From NCBI GenBank assembly GCA_964016885.1, contig OZ024744.1, forward strand, positions 74,648,001 through 74,712,000: a stretch of DNA of 64,000 bases, in the 5' to 3' direction. Shown here one piece after another: positions 40,433-53,554 of this stretch (positions are counted from its first letter, which is position 1; every line of letters begins with the position of its first letter). Below the pieces are notes generated by a model, which saw nothing but the letters and a program-made list of their open reading frames with translations, searched no databases and was not told the DNA's origin. The DNA is from Eledone cirrhosa. Its lineage: Eukaryota. Both the position numbers and the translations under genes were made by a program.

Positions 40433-40540
40433 TTTTCGGTGCACCCGGCCGATTAACCCACTCAATATGCAAATTGGGCTACTCAGCCGTTAATATGCAT
40501 TAGGTAAGTATATACGTTCAACAATCTGGCAGGAAGGTAT

Positions 40541-40583
40541 ACGTTGCTGACGATAGCTAATAAGCTGGAAACTAGTACAGCGT
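40541..40583 (+). ncRNA. Canonical minimal type I hammerhead (family I)
   Basis: ACGTTG-CTGACGA-TAGCT aata AGCTG-GAAA-CTAG-TA-CAGCGT: intact core, palindromic loop III, GUA triplet. Confidence 0.82.
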
Positions 40584-40717
40584 TCCTTTGTCAGTGTTGA
40601 ACAAACGAGCAACGATGGTTGCTAGACACTACGGCTTAATATGGGATGTTTGTTTACAAACACACCGAGCATTATAATAAATGTTCGGTGAATCCATACG
40701 TACATATATATATATAT

Positions 40718-40847
40718 GTGTGCATGTATGTATATATACATACTACTGTACGTCTGTATACATGTATGTATGTACGTGTACATACTTATATTTAAGTAAC
40801 TCCCGTACTAAGAGTGGGAAATGAAATTTCGTTTCATTTTTTCCGTT

Positions 40848-40850
<3 letters not shown>
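40718..40850 (+). repeat. Dispersed repeat with an inverted copy at 63863-64000
   Basis: tactactgtacgtctgtatac...gtactaagagtgggaaatgaaatttcgtttcatt occurs reverse-complemented at the window end. Confidence 0.85.
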
Positions 40851-40934
<84 letters not shown>

Positions 40935-40956
40935 ATACATATATATATACATATAC

Positions 40957-41019
<63 letters not shown>

Positions 41020-41231
41020 TATATATATATATATACATATATATACATACATATGTATATATATAAACATATATATATATATACATACATATATATATAT
41101 AAATGTACATATATATATACATATATATATATATGTATATATATATGTACATATATATGTATATATGTATATATGTATATATGTATATATGTATATGTAT
41201 ATATATTTATGTATATATATATATATATATG

Positions 41232-41326
<95 letters not shown>

Positions 41327-41349
41327 GTATATGTATATATATATATGTA

Positions 41350-41719
41350 TAGTAACAATAATAAAATTGAAGACTAAAATCCAGAGAGGGCTCGATAAGG
41401 AAAATATATATCAAATATATAAGACCCGAAGAGCAAATATTTATTAAAATAACAGATTAAAGTTTAAGCAAAGAATCGCTGCTTTCAACATGGTTCTGTC
41501 CTTGCACGTAATTGTTTTTCACCGCTCCTATTAATGACGTATTATTCATTTTTTCCCGTTCTTTGCCAGCGAACGTCACCATGAACCAAAGTATCGTCTT
41601 CCTGTCTTTTTGAAATATCCAGTTCTGCGTTTACAGATTGACTTTGTTAGTTTCAGAAGATCCCGTTAAGGGTGAAAGCAGCGATTCTTTGCTTAAACTT
41701 TAATCTGTTATTTTAATAA

Positions 41720-41722
<3 letters not shown>
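41350..41722. mobile_element. Family B element with inverted arms
   Basis: 41438-41488 mirrors 41672-41722; body homologous to 44500-44840. Confidence 0.88.
41649..41699 (+). ncRNA. Type I hammerhead-like motif with U4A core (family B)
   Basis: AGTTT-CAGAAGA-TCCC gttaa GGGT-GAAA-GCA gcgattctt TGC-TT-AAACT. Confidence 0.65.
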
Positions 41723-41750
<28 letters not shown>

Positions 41751-41769
41751 TACATATGTATATGTGTAA

Positions 41770-41875
<106 letters not shown>

Positions 41876-41934
41876 ATATGTCAAGGGCGGTGCCCCAGCA
41901 TGGCCTCAGCCGGATGGCTGAAACAGGTAAAAGA

Positions 41935-42006
<72 letters not shown>

Positions 42007-42049
42007 GTATATATATATATATATATTTACATATATATATATATGTATA

Positions 42050-42100
<51 letters not shown>

Positions 42101-42341
42101 GTATGTATATATATATGTATGTATATATATATAAATATATATATATGTATATTTACATATATATATGTATATATATATATGTATATGTATATATATTTAT
42201 GTATATATATATATATATATATGTATATGTGTATATGTATGTATATATATATATATATATGTATATGTGTATATATATGTATGTATGTATATATATATAT
42301 ATATATATATATGTACATATATATGTATATATATATGTACG

Positions 42342-42373
<32 letters not shown>

Positions 42374-42386
42374 CATATATATACAC

Positions 42387-42425
<39 letters not shown>

Positions 42426-42654
42426 AATATATATACATATACATATATATATACATATATATATGTAAATATACATATATATATATGTATATATATATAC
42501 ATACATATATATATATATACATATATATATACATATATATATAGATATATATATATATATATATATACATATATATGTATATGTAAATATATATATATAT
42601 ACATATATAAATAAATATACAGATATATATATATATATATATGTAGATAAATAT

Positions 42655-43220
42655 ACCAAGAGTTTACGGTAGTGTCCAATCCGTATGAAGAACTCAATGT
42701 ATTCTGGATATCATGGAAAGAAGAGATGCAATGAAAAATCACTTTCGGTGAAAGATAAACGGAATACAGAGTCAAGATAAAATATTAAAAAAATAATAAT
42801 GAATAAAACAATGAAACAGTTCCTTATATTAAACAAAAAAGTTCATTATTTAACGATCGTTTCTAGGATATATATGTGTTAGAATTGGCATGTATATTCA
42901 ACAGATCTATGTACAAAATTATACAAAATTATACAAACTATCAAGATTAAATATACATACCAAACACACATATATGCCGTCTTCAGAAATAATTATTCAG
43001 AAATAATTCAGATTATTTCTGAAGACGGCATATATGTGTGTTTGGTATGTATATTTAATCTTGATAGTTTGTATAATTTTGTATAATTTTGTACATAGAT
43101 CTGTTGAATATACATGCCAATTCTAACACATATATATCCTAGAAACGATCGTTAAATAATGAACTTTTTTTGTTTAATATAAGGAACTGTTTCATTGTTT
43201 TATTCATTATTATTTTTTTA

Positions 43221-43229
<9 letters not shown>
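42655..43229. mobile_element. Family A solo inverted pLTR (near-perfect palindrome 42777-43229)
   Basis: Arms of about 215 bp; spacer contains a duplicated tcagaaataat; hammerhead motif 43012-43160 (+) and its mirror on the minus strand. Confidence 0.92.
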
Positions 43230-43317
<88 letters not shown>

Positions 43318-43370
43318 ATATATATATATACATACATACACATATACATATGTATATATATATACACATA

Positions 43371-43402
<32 letters not shown>

Positions 43403-43409
43403 CATATAC

Positions 43410-43440
<31 letters not shown>

Positions 43441-43442
43441 CG

Positions 43443-43488
<46 letters not shown>

Positions 43489-43551
43489 CACATATATATA
43501 TATACATATATACATATATATATACATATATATATAGAAATATATATATGC

Positions 43552-43594
<43 letters not shown>

Positions 43595-43800
43595 TATATA
43601 CATATATACATATATATATATATATAATATATATATATATATATACATATACCTCTATATATACATATACATATATATATATATAGACATATACCTATAT
43701 ATATATATATATATATATACATATATATAAAGAAAAAGAGATGAAATCGAAAATGCAACTGGAGTCTTATTTTTTTTTAAATATATATATTTATTTGGTT

Positions 43801-43838
43801 CCTTTACCGGTTTCGCAGTTCTTCTGCTTTTCAAAATG
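43801..43838 (-). ncRNA. Minimal hammerhead with U3-A8 core (family J) in a 140-bp insert in (TA)n
   Basis: Minus strand TTGAAAA-GCAG aagaa CTGC-GAAA-CCGG-TA; palindromic ACCGGT; weak helix I. Confidence 0.6.
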
Positions 43839-43872
43839 TGAGTTGAGATGGAGGGTCTGTGGTTTTTCTCAC

Positions 43873-43988
<116 letters not shown>

Positions 43989-43990
43989 AT

Positions 43991-44055
<65 letters not shown>

Positions 44056-44084
44056 CATATACATATATATATATATACATATAC

Positions 44085-44116
<32 letters not shown>

Positions 44117-44129
44117 AAACATATATACA

Positions 44130-44165
<36 letters not shown>

Positions 44166-44166
<1 letters not shown>

Positions 44167-44236
44167 GGCTAATTCTGGAGTAAAAAAAAAAAGTCGAAAT
44201 GGTTTCAGGTCAGCCGTTGTGGTCCTACTCGTTCCT
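44166..44236. mobile_element. Family C fragment
   Basis: cggctaattctgga...gtcgaaatggtttcaggtcagccgttgtggtcctactcgttcc. Confidence 0.65.
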
Positions 44237-44291
44237 ATATGGATACATATATATATATATATATTCATATATATATATATATATATATATA

Positions 44292-44474
<183 letters not shown>

Positions 44475-44497
44475 TAATCTATATATATACATATATA

Positions 44498-45960
44498 TAG
44501 TAATAATAATAAATTTGAAGACTAAAATCCAAAGAGGGCTCGATAAGAATAAATATATATCAAATATATAAGAACCGTAGAGCAAATATTTATTAAAATA
44601 ACAGATTAAAATTTAAGCAAAGAATCGCTGCTTTCGCCCTTAACGGGATCTTCTGAAACTAACAAAGTCAATCTGTAAACGCAGAACTGGATATTTCAAA
44701 AAACGTTGCAACCGGAGGAATACAGGAAGACGATACTTTGGTTCGTGGAAACGTTCGCTGGCAAAGAACAGGAAAGAACGAATAATACGTCATTAATAGG
44801 AGCGGTGAAAAACAATTACGGGCAAAGACAGAACCACGTTTATGGTATAAAAGAGGTCATAGACTAATGTTCTCTTAGGTGATGCATAGAGACGTTCTCT
44901 GGCAATGAACGAAAAAACGAAGATAATACGTCATATGTGGAGCGTGGAGAACAATAGCAGGCAAAGACACAACCACGTAAATGGTATAGCAGAAGTCGTA
45001 GACTAAAATTCTAACTAGGAGACGAAATGAATCTCCGCTACGGAGTTAAGAACAAAGTAAATTAATACAATACAGAAATAATAGAAATAAATAAATACAT
45101 ACACGCAAACAGATACGTACATACACAAGCATACGCGAAAACTTACCATACGTATACAAAACCACGCACATATATATATGTGTGTGTGTGTATGAGTGTA
45201 TACAGATAAATAAATAATTATATAAACGTATATAAATAAATGCGTATATAACAAGCGCACACACATACCTCCATATAAATACACGAATGTTCGGAGCCGT
45301 AAGTCAACTAAAACATGAAGTACGCATATACACACACCCACCATACGTACGAACCTGCATACTCACACAGACGCAAAACTCCCGTATACACATAGCCAAA
45401 CCATATGTACCAGAATATATGAAATTATACGCCATAACAATCAAATATACGTACGAGAAGTTATACGTACCTTCACAAAACATACGGGTAATATATACTT
45501 ACCTATGCAAATAAGTAAAGGAATAAACAAAACATATACTTAGCTCCCACATCAAGACGTAAAATATCCACTTATAGATCATTCTATCCGTTAGGGTATA
45601 ACGTGGGGCTGTATCAGAACAAGCTATAAGAATAAATGTTCTTATGGGGAAATCTCCGACAAATAACCGAACGTAGCCTCTTCGCGGCGGCCCCAGTCTA
45701 GTATTTATCCAATATTTCGACAGCATGTAGAAACTGACTAAATATACCATCAACCATACACAATTAGTTGTAAAATTAAACTTAGATGAAATGCGCACAT
45801 ACCGTAATTATATCTCTACCATGGTTTCTTCCTTATTTTGGACATCCAAATAATAGGAATGTCCTGAGCTTAGGTTTCATCAGGAGACAAACTCAAAATC
45901 AGACATCTAGTTTTTCAATCCGATCCCGCCAAAATTAGATAAAAAAATGGCTAAAAATCG
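44498..45960 (-). mobile_element. Longest family B copy (about 1.45 kb, between (TA)n arrays); hammerhead motif 44610-44660; two tandem units of about 135 bp at 44750-45015
   Basis: 44498-44840 matches the other family B copies. Whether 45015-45960 belongs to the element is inferred only from the (TA)n boundaries. Confidence 0.65.
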
Positions 45961-46133
<173 letters not shown>

Positions 46134-46359
46134 TAATGAAACAATTGTTTGGAAAGAGAGATATACTTTAACTTTAATTATATCTCATAAAATAATACAA
46201 CTGGTTTTTCCACATTATACATATTGTTAGCACCCCAAACACTTAAATTGGGTTTATATTTTAATATAACCTAATGTTTGTTGAGTGAGATGGTTACCAG
46301 TCAGAGTTTAGCTTTAAACTATCTCTGTTATTGTATTAAATATATACATATATAAATAC

Positions 46360-46428
<69 letters not shown>

Positions 46429-46436
46429 TGTGTGTA

Positions 46437-46506
<70 letters not shown>

Positions 46507-46507
46507 T

Positions 46508-46648
<141 letters not shown>

Positions 46649-46703
46649 CATATATATATACATATATACATACATATACATATATATATATATATATACA
46701 TAC

Positions 46704-46758
<55 letters not shown>

Positions 46759-46807
46759 CATAAATATATATATACATATATATATATATATTTATGATAT
46801 ATATATA

Positions 46808-46873
<66 letters not shown>

Positions 46874-46949
46874 TACACACATATATATATATATATATAC
46901 ATATATATATACATATATATATATATATTTATGATATATATATATATGC

Positions 46950-47057
<108 letters not shown>

Positions 47058-47059
47058 CT

Positions 47060-47622
47060 ATAAATGAATGGAATAACAACAACACCCAAACAATCAAAAC
47101 TGACCTAAGAGAAGTATAAATAAATAAATAAATACATACACAAGCACAATAACAACAAACACATATAAACACACACTTGTAAACATAAAATACATTAACC
47201 AATAAACAGTCACCCAATCACGAACACACATCAAACAAAACACTATAGACACACGCAAACGCATGCGCAAAGAAGACAAAATGAAATAAACAAACAAGCA
47301 AATAAATAAATAAATATATAAACAGACTAAATAAAGATGGCGTAGAAATACAATGCAACGCGAGGAATCTATAGCACCACTGACGTTGTTGCAGATGTGC
47401 AACGAAAGAACTTTGATCAACTATATATATGTGTTTGTGTCTATATTGTATCTGTATTATTTTTGACCGTTGGTCTGTCAATGGCAACATTGAGGACCGA
47501 ATAAATTAGATTACCGATATAAAGGACACAGAAGCGAAAAGCGAAAACCAACCAAACAGTGCGTGTGTTCTGTTATTAATTCTGGCAATTTTTCACAAAT
47601 ATGAACCTCCCAAAGTATAACA
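47060..47622 (+). mobile_element. Family G PLE 3' end (diverged relative of 4838-5661)
   Basis: Shares atgaatggaata, aagatggcgtag, a hammerhead-like motif at 47376-47418, gtgcgtgtgtt and terminal ccaaagtataac followed by (TA)n. Confidence 0.85.
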
Positions 47623-47636
47623 ATATATATATATAT

Positions 47637-47681
<45 letters not shown>

Positions 47682-47777
47682 CATATATATATATACATAT
47701 GTATACATACATTTATATAATATATACATATATATAATATATATATACGTACATATATATATATATATATATACATA

Positions 47778-48230
47778 TGGTGGCTGCCAACTCGTTTTCG
47801 AGTACGGCCACTACTTTATATCCATGTAGGGGAACCCCTACCGATGCGCTGAACAAGTGTGATTTTTAGTCCAGCCAGCGACTTGAAAACTCTGGTACAA
47901 ACACTACACTTGTGACAATTATTGACACATAGTGCTGGGCCCATGGTACCATGTGATGACAAGTGCAGAGAGATCTCCAGATGTAAAGCAATGCCTGTGC
48001 CGTGAAGCTTTTATAGTGAGCAAAGGCACTGCAGAAAGCCAGTCCCACTCTCTTAACCGAGATGATATTTACCAAAAAGAAGAACAAGTCAACATCATTG
48101 GATACCATCAGGGTTGCAGGTGTTATATCAGAGTTTTCCTTCTCCTAGAATTCTGCCTTGACAAAGGCTAAGGGGTCATCTCTCCCGGTGATTTTGGATG
48201 GCTATTGACTCTTAAGAGCTCCTTTTGCCC
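47778..48230. other. Unclassified interspersed-repeat-like insert in (TA)n
   Basis: GC-richer 450-bp block containing cagagttttccttctcctag...aaggctaa, resembling a retroposon segment; no second copy in this window. Confidence 0.35.
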
Positions 48231-48318
48231 TTACATATATATATATATATCTATATATACTTACATATATATATATATATACATATATATAATATATATA
48301 CATTCATATATATATACA

Positions 48319-48366
<48 letters not shown>

Positions 48367-48605
48367 TACATATATATATTATATATATACATACATATAT
48401 ATATAATATATATATACATATATACATATATATAATATATATATACATACATATATATAATATATATATATATATATATACATATATATAATACATATAT
48501 ATACATATATAATATATATATATACATATATATACATATATATAATATATATATTCATACATATATATAATAGATATATATATACATATATATATATATA
48601 ATATA

Positions 48606-48672
<67 letters not shown>

Positions 48673-48713
48673 TATATATATAATATATATATATACATAT
48701 ACAAACATATATG

Positions 48714-48752
<39 letters not shown>

Positions 48753-48767
48753 CATATATATATAATA

Positions 48768-48937
48768 TATATTTATATATATATATGCAAATACACGAAC
48801 ATGCACACACACATATTTCTCTCTCTCTCTCTCTCTGTTATATATATATATATATATATAATATATATTTATATATATATATGCAAATACACGAACATGC
48901 ACACACACATATTTCTCTCTCTCTCTCTCTCTCTCTG

Positions 48938-48972
<35 letters not shown>
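48768..48972 (+). repeat. Tandem duplication of about 105 bp
   Basis: atgcaaatacacgaacatgcacacacacatatttctctc...gtta occurs twice. Confidence 0.9.
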
Positions 48973-48977
<5 letters not shown>

Positions 48978-48986
48978 AGTGTGTGT

Positions 48987-49042
<56 letters not shown>

Positions 49043-49547
49043 CGGTTGACACGAAATTATAATATTCCTCTAAAGATTCCTTTGCCAAAAAATCAAAATT
49101 GCATATCGATATTTTTTCTCAGAAAATGTTAAAGGAAAAAAACTAAAACTACAAGCTCATGCTTTTTATCAATTTGTTTTGTGAAATACGTTTGAAAAAA
49201 ATCGGTCTTTAAATTGCAAGTCGACAGATACATGACTGGAATATAAAGAAAGAATTTTGAAAGTCGACAAGAAAACATAATCAGTAAAATAATCAATACA
49301 AAAGACAATTTAAAACATGTCATGAATTTATTGTATTATATATATATAGTAGTGAGTTATATATTTTTTTTTTTTGTGAATACATTAATATATACTTCTG
49401 GATCACATGAATTTCTTTCATAGGAGAATGTCTATGGACGATTGCAGCGATATCAGTTTATTATTGGCTTCTAAATGTTGGATTCTTGAAGGGATGAATC
49501 GGGATGTAGAAGCCCCAAAATACCTTGTAGAAGAACAAATATTTGGG

Positions 49548-49627
<80 letters not shown>

Positions 49628-49668
49628 AATATTTTCGAAACAGCGAGTTGGTTTGAAATTATTAAAAA

Positions 49669-49879
49669 TGTAAGCTATCGCCGTATTTTGACTAAAGAAA
49701 TTAAAGAAATTATTTAGCCTGATAGTGGGGTTAAGAACCCTCGGAGAAATGGAAAGTGGTGAGTATTGACGTACATGTACGTCAATACTCATCTTTTTCC
49801 ATTTCTCCGAGGGTTCTTAACCCCACTATCAGGCTAAATAATTTTTTTAATTTCTTTAGTCAAAATACGGCGATAGCTT

Positions 49880-49882
<3 letters not shown>
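49669..49882. repeat. Spacer-less 214-bp palindrome
   Basis: Centre gacgtaca|tgtacgtc at 49775/49776; 107-bp arms with only a few mismatches. Confidence 0.92.
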
Positions 49883-49911
<29 letters not shown>

Positions 49912-49912
<1 letters not shown>

Positions 49913-50004
49913 GGAACAGGTAAGACCCCGACGGCTGAGCTCAAGCCGTTTCGACGGCTAATTCTGCGTTATGGTCCACCTGGTTCCTTACCACATTTCC
50001 TTCG

Positions 50005-50008
<4 letters not shown>
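49912..50008. mobile_element. Family C element (rearranged)
   Basis: ccccgacggctgagctcaagccgtttcgacggctaattct joined to gcgttatggtccacctggttccttacc. Confidence 0.8.
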
Positions 50009-50043
<35 letters not shown>

Positions 50044-50433
50044 TATGTATGTATATATATATATGGAATATAGCAAGTAAATACTATAATTGAATTAGTT
50101 CAACTGACTGACATATATACTAACACAAAGAATCGTTTCTTAATTAGAAGGCATTCTTTTTTCATAGTCGTGTCTTCTAGTATATCGATTGTATTTAATC
50201 AATCAAATCACATTCACTTATTATGTCATTTAAATCAACATAATTCCTTGACGCTGGAATCACTAAGTGGTAAAAGGTTCTCGTAGAAAACATACAGTTC
50301 TGGCTTGGATTTCACTATATAACCTTTTGAGCATGTATCTTTTAACATGACATTAGGTTTTAAAATGCCCTGTGAGTGGAGATTGCGAGACGAAAAGTGT
50401 ATTGCGAAGTCCCATCAGTTATTCACACGCTCG

Positions 50434-50487
<54 letters not shown>

Positions 50488-50719
50488 CGCACACACACAC
50501 ACACACACACACCCACCCACCCACCCACAAACACACACACACATACACGCGTACACACATACACACACGCATATATATAAATTTACTTGCAATAGGGCCA
50601 TCATAGACTGATCCAGGAATATACGAAATGTTTATAGATATTTGATGGAGGAATATACGAAATGTTTATATATATTTGTTTCTACTTTAGGCACAAGGCC
50701 ATTAATGTTTACATATAAT

Positions 50720-51112
50720 TGTTTCTACTTTAGGCACAAGGCCAGCAAATACCCAGTGCATTACTGGTACTTCATTTTATCGACCCCGTAAGGATAAAAG
50801 GCAAAGTCAACCTCGGCGGGATTTGAAATCAGATCGTAAAGGGACGTAACTATGCTGGAAAGCATGGCGTCCGACCCTCTACTGATACTGCTAATCCACC
50901 GCCAATGTTTACATATAATGTTTATATATAATTGTTGCTATTTTGGGGACAAGGCCAGCAATTATCCCAGTGAATTACTGGTGCTTTATTTTATCGACCC
51001 CTTAAGGATGAAAGGCAAAGTTAAGCTCGTCGGGATTTGAACTCAGATCGTAAAGAGGCGTAACTCTATGCTGCAAAACATGGCGTCCGGCCCTCTACCG
51101 ATTCTGCCAAAC
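50720..51112 (-). mobile_element. Two main-family SINEs; the first (50720-50903) has a 16-bp TSD
   Basis: AATGTTTACATATAAT at 50704-50719 and 50904-50919. Confidence 0.92.
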
Positions 51113-51373
51113 GCAAATAAGTCTCGCTATGACTTTTTTAAGCTGTGATCTCGGTTGCAGTGGGAGAATGCCAGACACTAGTGTTTCAGTATAATTATAC
51201 ATCATCCGTGGCATTTACACAATAAGTTATAGTTTATATTTTGCTAGCCTATAGAAACGTCTCCTGGAGAACCTCATTAGCATAAAGTGCGTACTTAAAT
51301 TGACAGGTATTGATTAGCAAGAGCACGAAATATGTTGAATGTTTTATATAACATTCAAATACCATCGAAGACC

Positions 51374-51549
51374 CGCTGCCGACCCGTATGCTGCTGGGGA
51401 ATCGGTGGCGTTCGTCTTTGTGTGTGTGTGTCTGTGTGTGTTATACGCCGCTGATCCGTCGTCCGTCTTCGACATTTTGCGAGTTTAGTCGGTCTGCCAC
51501 TGCCGACCGATACGGTGCCGAGGAATCGGCGGCGTTCCTCTTTGTGTGT
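51374..51549 (+). repeat. GC-rich motif of about 50 bp repeated at 124-bp spacing
   Basis: ctgccgacc...ggaatcgg(t/c)ggcgttc.tctttgtgtgt at 51376 and 51500. Confidence 0.8.
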
Positions 51550-51844
51550 AATCCCACATTGATCAATAAAATAGTACCAGTCAATTAATGGATGTTGACT
51601 TACCGCCCCGCCACCTGAAATTTCTCGCCGTAAATTAGAAAATATTACCATCATTTAGGTTTTGTGTTCTGATTTTAAATCTTACCGCGGTCAACATTGC
51701 CTGTCATTCTTCCCAGGTCTTTAAAATAAAATATCAGCCTCCCCTTAAATTGCTGGCATCATCCTGGAACTGATGAAATAATGTACCAGTCAAGTACTGG
51801 AGTCGATAGAAACAACTTTTACCCTACTTCCGTTGTCTAATTTT

Positions 51845-53187
51845 AGCGGTGGATTAGCAGTATCTGTAGAGGGTCGGACGCCATGCTTTGACGCATAGAG
51901 TTACGGCCCTTGCCATTCTGAGTTCAAAGGTTAACTTTGCCTTTCATCCTTACGGGGTCGATAAAATAAAGTACCAGTAATCTACTGGGTAATTGCTGGC
52001 CTTGTGCCTAAAGTAGAAACAATTATTAGTTGGCGGGGGATTGGAGTATCAGTAGAAGGTCGAACGCCATGCTTTGCAGCATAGAGTTACACCCCTTTAT
52101 GGTGTGAGTTCAAATTCCGCCGAGGTTCACTTTGCTTTTCATCCTTACGGGGTCGATAAAATAAAGTACCAGTAATGTACTGGCATAATTGCTGCCTTGT
52201 GCAAAAAGTAGAAACAATTATTAGTTGGCGGTGGTTTGGCAGTATCAATAGAGCTTCAGACACCATGCTTTGCAGCATAGTTATGGCCCTTTGCGTTCTG
52301 AGTTCAAATCCCGCCGAGGTTAACTTTGCCTTTCATCCTTACGGGGTCGATAAAATAAAGTACCAGTGGTGCACTGGGTAATTGCTGGCCTTGTGCCAAA
52401 AGTAGAAACTATTATTAGTTAGAAAATTGGTGGATTAGCAGTATCGGTAGAGCGTCAGACACCATGCTTTGCAGCAGAGAAGTATGGCCCTTTACGTTCT
52501 GAGTTCAAATCCCGCCGTGGTTAACTTTGCCTTTCATCCTTACAGGGTCGATAAAATAAAGTACCAGTAATGCTCTAGGGTAATTGCTGGCCTTGTGCTA
52601 AAACTAGAAACAATTATTTAGGTTTGTGTTCTGATTTTAAATCTCACTGAGGTCAACTTTGCCTGTCATTCTTTCGAGGTCTTTAAAATAAAATATCAAC
52701 CTCCCCTTAAATTGCTGGCATTATTATTATATCTTGGATTGGGAGTATCGGTAGAGCATCAGGCACCATACTTTGCTGCATAGAGTTACGGCCCTTTATT
52801 ATCTGAGTTCAAATTCCGCCAAGGTTAACTTTGCCTTTCATCTTTACGGGGTCGATAAAATAAAATACCATAATGCACTGGGGGTCGATTTAATCGACTT
52901 TCCTCTCTCTCCCCACCAAGACATTGATGGCCTTGTGCCTACATAAGAAACCATTGTCATTATATCTTGAATTAGCAGTTTCGGGAGAGCATCAGACACC
53001 ATGCTTTGCAGCATAGATGTAAGTCCCTTTACGTTCTGAGTACAAATCCCGCCAAGGTTAACTTTGTCATTCACCCTTACGGAGTCGATAAAATAAAGTA
53101 CCAGTCACGCACTGGGGTCGATTTAATCGACTTTCCCCTCCCCCAAAATTGATGGCCTTGTTCCTATATAAGAAACCATTATTATAT
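51845..53187 (+). mobile_element. Array of six main-family SINE copies plus fragments
   Basis: Heads near 51846, 52031, 52226, 52428, 52735 and 52968. Confidence 0.93.
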
Positions 53188-53554
53188 CTTTTCAACGTAA
53201 TAATATTTTCGACATATTACTTTATCGATCTATTCTGATTGTTTATTTATCCATTATATAAGTTCCTCGATTTTCTCATAACAATATTATACTAATTTAG
53301 GTGAAAATATAGCCTACCAAGTCGAAATTCATATAAAAGGTCTTAGATTCACAAATATCGTCAATTTCCCGTTAAATTTAGGAGCCCGCATATATTTACG
53401 TAGACGAATAGAAAATATGTTTTCATAACTTCAGTAAAAAATGTAAATGTTCACCTACAATCAACCTCAAATATATTTAATAATTAATCTTAATCTTAAT
53501 AGTAAACTTATGTAGGACGTCTTAATACACATTTCATAACGTACGTTAATGATC

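Noticed and set aside
45499-45930. Possible PLE coding remnant or host exon on the minus strand
   Set aside because: Only vague similarity, several stops, no diagnostic motif; needs a tBLASTx/HMM search.
51845-53187. Regularly spaced repeats resembling a CRISPR array or tRNA cluster
   Set aside because: Units are SINE copies of about 190 bp with no unique spacers and no complete cloverleaf; eukaryotic context, no cas genes.
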